Part shown: piece by piece, positions 20,336 through 28,722 of the stretch | Numbering within the stretch: the first letter of the stretch is position 1 | Layout of the letters: every line of letters starts with the position of its first letter | Assembly: GCA_944358875.1 (NCBI GenBank) | Contig: CALVRZ010000003.1 | Span: 1-54,791, forward strand | Source: an uncultured Bacilli bacterium | GTDB taxonomy: Bacteria > Bacillota_I > Bacilli_A > RF39 > UBA660 | Length of the DNA stretch: 54,791 bases | Direction of reading: 5' to 3' | Translations under genes and position numbers: made by a program | Notes under the pieces: generated by a model | Databases searched by the model: none | Seen by the model: only the letters and a program-made list of their open reading frames with translations | Told to the model about the DNA's origin: nothing

Positions 20336-20669
20336 TATCTAATGAAATTAATATATTATTAATTTCATCAATTAAAGTATCATACTTTGCTTTATTATAC
20401 CCTTTAACTAAATATTCATTATATACTTCACTATCCCCATATATAATATCATTATCAATAACATAACCAATATTAAGTTTATTTAGTTTATTACATATTT
20501 TAACTTTATTAGTAATAGGAAAACTAACTTTACTATCAATAACCTTATAATTAAATATATAACTAATAATATAACTATCACTAAAATATGTATAATAAAA
20601 ACATCCTCTTTTAATAAATATAATCTTATCACTATTATTTAATTTTAAATTATTATATTCCTCTAACAT
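20286..20669 (-). CDS. MutS domain-I-like DGR accessory protein (copy 1)
   Basis: MLEEYNNLKLNNSDKIIFIKRGCFYYTYFSDS..ISY..NYK....VSFP; clear paralogue of 19410..19769. Confidence 0.75.
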   Translation of the reverse strand: MLEEYNNLKLNNSDKIIFIKRGCFYYTYFSDSYIISYIFNYKVIDSKVSFPITNKVKICNKLNKLNIGYVIDNDIIYGDSEVYNEYLVKGYNKAKYDTLIDEINNILISLDIDKLVSIKNMLYEYDK

Positions 20670-20781
20670 AATATCACCATATTAAGATTAACACATAACT
20701 ATATAAATAAAATAAATTTATTCCAATAGAATAAGTTTATTTCTTATTAATTAAATTTATATAAAATTAAATTGTGATAAC

Positions 20782-21087
20782 ATGTATAATAATTTAATTA
20801 AAAGAAGAATAAAATTAGGAATTAAAAGAAAAGATATCGCTGAAATACTAGGTTATAGTTTATCTCATTATTCAAATATTGAAAACGGCATAAAAGCATT
20901 ACATATAAGAGAATTATATATACTATCTTATATATTAAATGTTGATAATATGTATATTATAGGTTTAATAGATAAACCAATACCACTAAATAAATATAAA
21001 AGAGAATGTATAAAAAAATATTATAATTTAGATGATATTGCCATAAAAAAACTATATGGAAAAGATGTATATGACATCACAAAATAA
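20782..21087 (+). CDS. XRE/Cro-family HTH regulator, divergent from the DGR operon
   Basis: RIKLGIKRKDIAEILGYSLSHYSNIENG. Confidence 0.88.
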   Translation: MYNNLIKRRIKLGIKRKDIAEILGYSLSHYSNIENGIKALHIRELYILSYILNVDNMYIIGLIDKPIPLNKYKRECIKKYYNLDDIAIKKLYGKDVYDITK

Positions 21088-21100
21088 TTTCTAATTCTAA

Positions 21101-21138
21101 AAACCAATGTGCTTTAAAAACACATTGGTTTATTTTTT
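21101..21138 (+). terminator. Terminator between the HTH gene and the DGR target (possibly bidirectional)
   Basis: AAACCAATGTG-N9-CACATTGGTTT followed by ATTTTTT. Confidence 0.75.
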
Positions 21139-21150
21139 CCACAAGGCTTA

Positions 21151-21215
21151 CCTAGAGAAGTATTTCATACTTCCCTAGGATGAGAAATAGAAGACTTACG
21201 CCTTCTATATTTCTC
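21151..21215 (-). other. Two hairpins downstream of the DGR target (candidate retrohoming cis elements)
   Basis: CCTAGGGAAGTAT-GAA-ATACTTCTCTAGG (21179-21151) and GAGAAATAGAAG..CTTCTATATTTCTC (21182-21215). Confidence 0.5.
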
Positions 21216-21232
21216 TTATTTTATTTAGTTTA

Positions 21233-22594
21233 TTATTGCCCTAAAGTGTATGGATTTCCATAAGTTCCTGATCCACCAGTTATTGTAACATCAGAGTTTA
21301 GATAAAGGATGGGGCGGGAAGCGTAAGAATTCGCGACGTAGCTGTAGCTGACATAGCCAGAACTGCGCACGCCAAAGACGTAGTCGGAGTCACTGGAGAG
21401 CGGAGTAAGTGTCCATTGGACAGTGCTTGTATTTCTAAGCCATGAGGTATCACGACAGTTAGTTTGATCAGTATCCCAGTTATATCCATCTTTACTACAT
21501 TTAGATAAATCGCCTGCATACATATAATCTGATGGATACATTAAAGCTATTTTTCCTGTCCATTCAGTACTTCTTCCAGAATATACCGTTGTTCCTCTTT
21601 CAAATGTATAATAATCATTGGCATATAATCCTTTATATGTAAAACTACCTCCTAAATTCCATTTAGCATTACCTATCATTGCTTGAGATTCAGTAGATAA
21701 GCTATTTAGATAAGTTCCATTTAAATAAGTATTTAAAGTGGCTGTAGACCATTCATTTGCACCGTTACTATTCCAAGCATAATTACCTATACTCTCACTT
21801 CTTGCTATCTTTATTCTTGTTTCCTTTTTACCTGTTCCATCATCAATATTTTGAAAGACTCCAATTATTCGCCATAATTCATTATTAAATGTTACATAGT
21901 TATTAGGATCAGCTCCATAATAACGAATATTACCTCCAACATCTTCCATCATACCCACTGATGGTGCATATTGATATTCTACACTATTATTTGTTACTGT
22001 TGTTTTTTCAGCACTTGTAAAGATATTTGCTATAGTAGCAGTTCCTGTACTAGGTGCCACATACTCACTACCTACTCCATCTACTGTAAGCTTACCAACA
22101 AAATTCTTACCTATCTGTGTATTTGGAGTAGTAATATCCAACCATAATCTAATATCTATAACTACTTCTTCACTAGGATTTAAAGTAATATCACTCTTGA
22201 TTGTTCCATCTGTTAAACTACTATAACTAACAGGATTATCACTATCTACCATTATCTTTAAATAATTAGTATCAATACTATTTTCTGTCGTATTATTAAC
22301 TAATTTCAAATCAAAAGTATAACTTAAATTACCATTATTCCTTAACTTTAACTTAAATGGAGTTGTTTGTTTCCCTTCATCATCACTCATAGGTAAAGAA
22401 TTAGTAAGGGAAATTGAAGTATTATACCCTTCTTCATCAACTAATTCAATATCTAATATTCCTGTTGTATATGCCTCATTATTAGTAAAATTACTCTCAC
22501 TATAAAATAAAGCATAAGAAGAAGCTGTTAATAAACCTATTATTAAAACAATTCCCAAAACCAAAGTAACAATTACCATTTTTTTATCTTTCAT
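21233..22594 (-). CDS. DGR target: secreted TasA/SipW-type N-terminal domain + C-terminal C-type-lectin-like variable domain
   Basis: Signal ending SSYA-LF, then N...TGILDI; WRIIG, LNTYLNGTYLN and WTLTP...ASRPILYL, with the VR near the C-terminus. Confidence 0.88.
   Translation of the reverse strand: MKDKKMVIVTLVLGIVLIIGLLTASSYALFYSESNFTNNEAYTTGILDIELVDEEGYNTSISLTNSLPMSDDEGKQTTPFKLKLRNNGNLSYTFDLKLVNNTTENSIDTNYLKIMVDSDNPVSYSSLTDGTIKSDITLNPSEEVVIDIRLWLDITTPNTQIGKNFVGKLTVDGVGSEYVAPSTGTATIANIFTSAEKTTVTNNSVEYQYAPSVGMMEDVGGNIRYYGADPNNYVTFNNELWRIIGVFQNIDDGTGKKETRIKIARSESIGNYAWNSNGANEWSTATLNTYLNGTYLNSLSTESQAMIGNAKWNLGGSFTYKGLYANDYYTFERGTTVYSGRSTEWTGKIALMYPSDYMYAGDLSKCSKDGYNWDTDQTNCRDTSWLRNTSTVQWTLTPLSSDSDYVFGVRSSGYVSYSYVANSYASRPILYLNSDVTITGGSGTYGNPYTLGQ
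21311..21409 (-). repeat. DGR variable repeat (VR)
   Basis: 18 mismatches to the TR in 99 nt, all at TR adenines; encodes LTPLSSDSDYVFGVRSSGYVSYSYVANSYASRP. Confidence 0.97.
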
Positions 22595-22699
22595 ATATGG
22601 TTACCTCCATATCTTTACTATTAACATAATATCATAATAAATAACATTTATCAAGATTTTTTCTTTAATTTATGTTATCATTATAATAGGTGGTAAAAT

Positions 22700-25036
22700 A
22701 TGTTTAATATTGAAGAGGAATTAACTAATTATATCAACAAATATAAAAGATTTATGTCTAAAGATATCTATATAACTGATAAAATGTATACAACATTCTT
22801 AAATAAATACAAATACTTATACCAATACTTACATCATACTAACCCCTATTATCATTTCTTAAGAGAAATAATAATAGATAAAAATAAAATAATCAAAAGA
22901 CATAATAATCAATATTTAAATCATAAACTAAAAGAATATGATGATTATTTCAATAACATGTTTAAAGATATCAAATTAGATTTAGATCAAAAGAAAGCTA
23001 TTATCTGTGAAGAAGATAATCTCTTAGTTATCGCTGGAGCCGGAGCCGGTAAAACTACTACTATGGCTGCTAAAGTTAAGTATTTAATTGATAAATGTAA
23101 CTATAAACAAAGTGATATTGCTGTTATCTCATTCACTAATAAAGCTTGTGATGAAATCAAAGAAAGAATCCATAAATATTTTGGCTATACTGATGTTGAT
23201 GTTTATACTTTTCATAAACTAGGTATGAAAATATTAAGAAGTTCTACTAGTGAAAAACTAGATATTGTAAGTGATGCTCATAAATTTCTCTTGTTAAACA
23301 ACTATATCAAAAAAGAACTCTTTTCCAATAAAGAAAAATTTGATAAATTCTATCATGCTTTTCAAAATAGATTAGGTATTAACAACGACTATCAAAACTT
23401 TAAAACTTTTAAAGATTATCATGACTATTTATATAAAAGAAAATATACTACTAATAATAAAGATCTAACCAACTACTTAAAGAAAACCATTCAAAAAAGA
23501 AGAAATTACTTAAAAACAATCAAAGGAGAATATGTTAAATCTAAAGAAGAAGTCGATATAGCTAATTTCTTATATTTAAATGGTATTAATTATGAATATG
23601 AAAAAATATATGATAACAAAGTAAATAATCATATCTTAAAACCAGATTTCTATATCTATGAAAATGAATTATTTAATTATATTGAAAACTTTGGTATTGA
23701 TAAAAATAATAACAATACTTCTTTTACTGATAAAGAATTAGATAATTATCTAAATACTTTAAAACTTAAACAAGATTTTCATAGAAAAGAAAAAAATAAA
23801 GATCTATTTATTATAACTACTTCTAGTATGAAGTATTATGAGAAAATGAATTATTTAAAAAATGAATTAGTTAAACGAGGTTATACTCTAAATAGAACTA
23901 GTAATAATGATATATACAATACTTTAAAAAATACTAGTGAAAATAGTTATTTCTATGATTTTATTGAAAAATTACTTATTCCCTTTATATCTTACTTTAA
24001 ATCAAGTAATTATGATAAAGAATATTTACTAAATATCAAAGAACATCAAAATGAATTACTACAAGAACAAATAGAAGTAATATTAGATTTCTATGATTAT
24101 TATCAAGACTATCTAAAAGATAATCATCTTATTGATTTTGATGATATGATTAATTTATCATATCAAGTCATAGATAAAGTGGGAGAAAAGAATTTAGGTG
24201 TTAATTACAAATATATCATCATCGATGAATATCAAGATATATCTATTCAAAGATATAATTTAACTGACAAAATAGCTAAACTATTTAATGCCAAAATCTT
24301 TGCCGTTGGTGATGACTATCAATCTATCTTTGCTTTCGCTGGTTCTAGAGTGGATTTATTTACTAATTTCAAACAATATATGCAAAATGCAAAAAAGATA
24401 CCTATTGAAAATACTTATCGTAATTCTCAAGAACTATTAGATATAGCTAAAGACTTTATCAACAAAAATAAACATCAAATCGAAAAAACTCTTAAATCCA
24501 ATAAGCATCTAGCTAAGCCAGTCGAAATCTATTTATATGATGATAGTGATCCTTTCTACTCTAATACTCATAAAGCTAAAGCTATTAACTATATTATGAA
24601 TAAAATAAATCCTAATGAAAAAGTCCTTTTCTTAGGAAGATATAACAAAGATATTGATTCTTTACTTCTAGATAAATACTTTACCAAAAAGAATAAAGAA
24701 AGAATTATTTGGAACAATAATCCTGATCTTAAAATAGATTTCCTAACTGTCCATGCCTCTAAAGGTTTAGGTTATGATGAAGTAGTTTTAATTAACGCAA
24801 TTGATGATAAATATGGTTTTCCATCTAAAATTGAAGATGAACCCTTAATTAAATTGATTAAACCAAGTATTGATGAAAATATTATGTACCCTGAAGAAAG
24901 AAGATTATTTTATGTAGCTTTAACTAGAACTAAAAATAAAGTATATATTGTCTGTCCTAAATCTAAAGTATCTTCTTTTGTTAAAGAAATATCATATAAC
25001 AAAAATGTCTATATACATAAACAAATAATAGAATAG
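22700..25036 (+). CDS. UvrD-family helicase (helicase IV-like) with inserted nuclease-like segment
   Basis: AGAGAGKT, IDEYQD, VGDDYQSI, TVHASKGL, EERRLFYVALTR; insert KSKEE..IANFL..KPDF..IENFG. Confidence 0.9.
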   Translation: MFNIEEELTNYINKYKRFMSKDIYITDKMYTTFLNKYKYLYQYLHHTNPYYHFLREIIIDKNKIIKRHNNQYLNHKLKEYDDYFNNMFKDIKLDLDQKKAIICEEDNLLVIAGAGAGKTTTMAAKVKYLIDKCNYKQSDIAVISFTNKACDEIKERIHKYFGYTDVDVYTFHKLGMKILRSSTSEKLDIVSDAHKFLLLNNYIKKELFSNKEKFDKFYHAFQNRLGINNDYQNFKTFKDYHDYLYKRKYTTNNKDLTNYLKKTIQKRRNYLKTIKGEYVKSKEEVDIANFLYLNGINYEYEKIYDNKVNNHILKPDFYIYENELFNYIENFGIDKNNNNTSFTDKELDNYLNTLKLKQDFHRKEKNKDLFIITTSSMKYYEKMNYLKNELVKRGYTLNRTSNNDIYNTLKNTSENSYFYDFIEKLLIPFISYFKSSNYDKEYLLNIKEHQNELLQEQIEVILDFYDYYQDYLKDNHLIDFDDMINLSYQVIDKVGEKNLGVNYKYIIIDEYQDISIQRYNLTDKIAKLFNAKIFAVGDDYQSIFAFAGSRVDLFTNFKQYMQNAKKIPIENTYRNSQELLDIAKDFINKNKHQIEKTLKSNKHLAKPVEIYLYDDSDPFYSNTHKAKAINYIMNKINPNEKVLFLGRYNKDIDSLLLDKYFTKKNKERIIWNNNPDLKIDFLTVHASKGLGYDEVVLINAIDDKYGFPSKIEDEPLIKLIKPSIDENIMYPEERRLFYVALTRTKNKVYIVCPKSKVSSFVKEISYNKNVYIHKQIIE

Positions 25037-25058
25037 TAATTCCACTATTCTATTATTT
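25023..25058. terminator. Bidirectional terminator
   Basis: 15-bp perfect inverted repeat AAATAATAGAATAGT-N6-ACTATTCTATTATTT between convergent genes. Confidence 0.75.
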
Positions 25059-25678
25059 TATTGATAAGTTTTCATCTTTATATCTATCATAAATATATCA
25101 ACAAGTAATTTATCTAAATTAGAAGATCTGATCGAAGTACTATCATTATCTAATAATCTATCAATATTATCTAAAAGATAACTAATATCTTCTTTACTTA
25201 TACATTTAACCATTCTTCTTAGTTGGGTTTCCGTTTTTCGATAATCATTAATACCATAATATTTCTTAATATATAAATTATAATCAGTACTTTTAATTGG
25301 CGTTTTTCTACATTTACATAATACAAATATAAGTTCAAAAGTAGGGTTGATAAAAAATATTTGATTCCTTTTAATATCAATATCATTATCCTTATATTCT
25401 TTCATAATATTATTTACTGTCTTTCTACCATCCAAATCATAAATAACCAAAACATCAGCATCAGGATTAATTTTCTTAATTCTTTTATATTCTCTAATAA
25501 TTCTAGTCGCATCCTTAGCATTAATAAATATAAGATTATAATTACTATCAAATAAACTATTCAAATGTCCTAGGAAAATCATCTCCGTCAAGCCCTCAAC
25601 AATTACATACAAATTTTTTTTAAATAAATTATTCTTCATAAAATATATTATACAAATCAGGATTAGGTAAAGCACCAA
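25058..25678 (-). CDS. RloB-like (AbiLii-like) TOPRIM-fold protein; true start probably near 25636
   Basis: VEGLTE, YDLDG and NPTFE motifs; downstream of an AAA ATPase. Confidence 0.78.
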   Translation of the reverse strand: MVLYLILICIIYFMKNNLFKKNLYVIVEGLTEMIFLGHLNSLFDSNYNLIFINAKDATRIIREYKRIKKINPDADVLVIYDLDGRKTVNNIMKEYKDNDIDIKRNQIFFINPTFELIFVLCKCRKTPIKSTDYNLYIKKYYGINDYRKTETQLRRMVKCISKEDISYLLDNIDRLLDNDSTSIRSSNLDKLLVDIFMIDIKMKTYQ

Positions 25679-26777
25679 AATAACCTTTCAAATAAGATTT
25701 CAAAGCATTATTTCTAATACCCTTATCCTTATTATCCTTAAATGAATTTAATGAATAAAGTAAAACTTCATTTTTATCTTTGTATGTAAAATATATTTGA
25801 TCTTTTCTAAATAAATATTTAGTATCTAATAATAATAAATCATGAGAAGTAGTTAATAATTGCATATTCATATTACATTCATCATTAAACAAAGATATAA
25901 GTGTCTTAGTTAATAATGTATGTAAATGACTATCAATTTCATCTACAACCAAAATACCACCATTTCTCTTACATTTTATAATTTGTAAAATATAATACAT
26001 AAACACTCTAGTACCTGATGAATCCACAACATAACTAGGAGCACTTTCACTCTTATTATTCATTTTATAATAAGATATTAACTGATACTTTTTATTCTTA
26101 AATGCATTCTTTTCTAATTTTACCTTTTCAATACTAATATCAGCTTTTTTAATTATTTTATTAAATTTATCTAATTCTTCCTCACTCAAATTATCAATAT
26201 CATCAACAAGATTATCAAACATAAAAGAATTAACAATATACATTTTAGCAAAAAATTCATTAATAGCATCTACATATTTTTTATATTTCATAGGAAGTGT
26301 TTTAATAATTAATTTATCACTATAATTTTTAAGTAATTCTACAGCATTTCTCATTTCATCATCAATTACTTCACCAAAACGATTAAATAACAATTTATCA
26401 TCAACATATAAAATTTCTTTACTTATTTTTCCTTCATTTATAGAAAGATAATATTTAAAATCAGTATTATTACTTATAAACTCTATTTCAAAATCAATAA
26501 TTTTTTCATCATTAAAAAAATTATATAACAAATCAGATTCTGTAAAAACATCTAAAATTGTACCTTTTTGTATCATATCTTTTAATAAAGATAAAGAAAA
26601 AATTAGATTAGTTTTACCCGTATTATTTGGGCCATATATAATAAGAGACTTAAGAATCCTTTTATTATTAACCATAAAAACATTATCTGTATTTTTTATA
26701 TCTTTATTACCTATAAAAGATAAATCAATTTCTTTATTAAAAGTCGTAAAACCATTCAACTTAAAATCCACTAACAT
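25629..26777 (-). CDS. AAA_21/RloA-like ABC-type ATPase
   Basis: YGPNNTGKT, SSGT, VVDEIDSHLH, TSHD, RKDQIYF, YLKGYFGALP. Confidence 0.88.
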   Translation of the reverse strand: MLVDFKLNGFTTFNKEIDLSFIGNKDIKNTDNVFMVNNKRILKSLIIYGPNNTGKTNLIFSLSLLKDMIQKGTILDVFTESDLLYNFFNDEKIIDFEIEFISNNTDFKYYLSINEGKISKEILYVDDKLLFNRFGEVIDDEMRNAVELLKNYSDKLIIKTLPMKYKKYVDAINEFFAKMYIVNSFMFDNLVDDIDNLSEEELDKFNKIIKKADISIEKVKLEKNAFKNKKYQLISYYKMNNKSESAPSYVVDSSGTRVFMYYILQIIKCKRNGGILVVDEIDSHLHTLLTKTLISLFNDECNMNMQLLTTSHDLLLLDTKYLFRKDQIYFTYKDKNEVLLYSLNSFKDNKDKGIRNNALKSYLKGYFGALPNPDLYNIFYEE

Positions 26778-26861
26778 TTAATATCCTCCTCTCTTGCTAA
26801 ATATTATAACACATATTAAAAGAGTATGCAATTTTTTTGCATACATACATAAAATTTAAAT

Positions 26862-27722
26862 TTAATTCAATTTTTTTGTAATACTAATAAAGAAATCTTT
26901 ATTCCAAACATCTAAACTATCTACATTTTTAACAAATGGCATAATATCTTCTTTAGCTTCTTTATAATCAATTTCATTAAACTTTTTAATTAATAATTCT
27001 TTTAATACATCTATATCAAATTTACTATCAATATCAATATAATTAGAAGCAATCAATTTATTCTTAATTAATTCTATATTAATACTAATATTATTAGCTA
27101 TAAAAAATACATAATCATATAAATCTCTTCCTTTTGTTCTTTTTGACCAATTGCGGCATAATATTGCATGAATTTTTCCTGCGAATAATGACTCTTTATC
27201 ATACAATTTAACCTGATGAGGACTAGGTAATAATTTATATTTATCTTCATATGATGCACCACTAGGAGGATTAATATCTACATTAAATTTAATTTTTATA
27301 TTCTTTAAAATATGATTATAAACATGATTTTCTTCATTTGGAAAAAACTTCAAAATAAGTTCTAAAGTATCACCTTTCACAAATGCCGAAGTAATATTAG
27401 AATCTATCTTTTTCTCTTTATAATTAATTTCCAAATTAAGTCCATAAGCTTTTAATTCTCTTTCAATATAATTAAAATACTTATTTAAATCAAAATTTTT
27501 ATTAGGAACTATAAGAGCAAAATCTAAATCTTCAGAAAACCTATCTAAATTATAAAATATTCTAAGTGCTGTTCCACCATAAAATGCAGCTTCATTGAAA
27601 AATCCTCCTCTAGATAATCCTGCTAATATTATTTCCTGAATAATTTCTTTTAAAGCATTAATCTCATCATTAATATTTTTTATTTCATATTTAGTAATCA
27701 TTTGTTCTATTACACTATTCAT
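26862..27722 (-). CDS. abiEii: Second AbiEii-family nucleotidyltransferase
   Basis: FYGGTALRIFY, RFSEDLDF, GKIHA, KGRDLYD. Confidence 0.9.
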   Translation of the reverse strand: MNSVIEQMITKYEIKNINDEINALKEIIQEIILAGLSRGGFFNEAAFYGGTALRIFYNLDRFSEDLDFALIVPNKNFDLNKYFNYIERELKAYGLNLEINYKEKKIDSNITSAFVKGDTLELILKFFPNEENHVYNHILKNIKIKFNVDINPPSGASYEDKYKLLPSPHQVKLYDKESLFAGKIHAILCRNWSKRTKGRDLYDYVFFIANNISINIELIKNKLIASNYIDIDSKFDIDVLKELLIKKFNEIDYKEAKEDIMPFVKNVDSLDVWNKDFFISITKKLN

Positions 27723-28305
27723 GGGTATTCCTCCTCATATATTTAGCTAATAATTTTACATTTGTTGAATGATATAAATTACTTAATTTTTCTATTTTTT
27801 CAATATTTAATTTATTAAACTCTTCACGATCTATACGTAAATCATCAAATAACATTTTTTCTAAATTAAAATAATTATTTAGAGGTTTTAACGTATATAA
27901 TTTATCACATAAAGCTTTTTCCTTAGAAGCAATTTGATAAGAATAATTATTTTCTTCTTTTAAAATTACTTCTTCTGGATATGCTAATACTGGAATATCT
28001 CTATAAGTAAATGTACCAAAAAAAGTTTTAAATTGTTTTTTCTTTTTTTTATCAAAAGTTGCACATGTAATTACATTTACTCTTTCAGGTATTAATCCAT
28101 AAAAAGACAAAGCATATTCAAAAGAAATATATGATGGTCCATATATACTAGTTGCAAGTAAATAACCAGGCGTATTAACATTTGTTTCATACAAACCCTT
28201 TATTATTTTAATTAATTTTCCATCTCTAACATTTCGCAATAATTTTGTGTCTTTATTAGAATATTTAGATAAAAAGTTTTTAGCAATATTACTAGTTATT
28301 ATCAT
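27715..28305 (-). CDS. abiEi: AbiEi-type antitoxin (start at 28305 after RBS GAGGTG)
   Basis: KGLYE, PSYISFEYALSFYGLIPE, EKALCD. Confidence 0.85.
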   Translation of the reverse strand: MIITSNIAKNFLSKYSNKDTKLLRNVRDGKLIKIIKGLYETNVNTPGYLLATSIYGPSYISFEYALSFYGLIPERVNVITCATFDKKKKKQFKTFFGTFTYRDIPVLAYPEEVILKEENNYSYQIASKEKALCDKLYTLKPLNNYFNLEKMLFDDLRIDREEFNKLNIEKIEKLSNLYHSTNVKLLAKYMRRNTHE

Positions 28306-28352
28306 ATTTTCACCTCTTTTTATCATTATATGATAATTTCTGGTGAAAATCA
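28300..28352 (-). promoter_or_regulatory. Palindromic promoter/operator/RBS module, copy 1 of 3 (others about 28656-28708 and 29817-29869)
   Basis: TTGATT-17-TATAAT-GAGGTG-ATG inside an imperfect palindrome ATTTTCACC..TTATCAT..ATGATAA..GGTGAAAAT. Confidence 0.75.
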
Positions 28353-28612
28353 ATGTTTTTTTTACTATTTCTAAATTCTTTAATCATTTGTACAACGTCA
28401 TCTTCATTTGTAAGAGCAAGTCTCATCTCTTCACCATCAAAGGCATTTTGTATTTTTTCTAAAGCAACCATTGCGGAGTTCTTAATAACTATATCATCAC
28501 CTTTTTTGATAAAAAGTACTTTACTTCCATCATTAAGACCCAATATATCTCTAATTACTTTAGGAATAGTAACTTGTCCCTTTGTCGTAACTTTAGCTAA
28601 ATCTATTTTCAT
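28310..28612 (-). CDS. AbrB/MazE/SpoVT-family DNA-binding protein (orphan antitoxin-like)
   Basis: AKVTTKGQVTIPKVIRDILGL. Confidence 0.9.
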   Translation of the reverse strand: MKIDLAKVTTKGQVTIPKVIRDILGLNDGSKVLFIKKGDDIVIKNSAMVALEKIQNAFDGEEMRLALTNEDDVVQMIKEFRNSKKNIDFHQKLSYNDKKR

Positions 28613-28717
28613 ATTATCATCGTCCTTCTTAATATCAGATTCAAATATTTAGTTTTATCATATTTTAACCTCTTTTTATCATTATATGATCATTTATGGT
28701 GAAAATCGATAAACTTT
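28528..28717 (-). repeat. Direct repeat B, copy 1 (promoter + 5' end of the AbrB-like gene)
   Basis: Aligns to 29688-29878 at offset 1160/1161. Confidence 0.9.
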
Positions 28718-28722
28718 TATTC

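Larger units (their letters stand above)
18054..22594 (-). mobile_element. Diversity-generating retroelement (target - HTH - msl - msl - TR - msl - avd - rt)
   Basis: RT + Avd + TR/VR pair with adenine-only mismatches. Confidence 0.96.

Noticed and set aside
21298-21519. Alternative-frame ORF over the VR
   Set aside because: Nested in the target gene; open only because the VR is GC-rich; TR AAC codons are in phase with the main frame.
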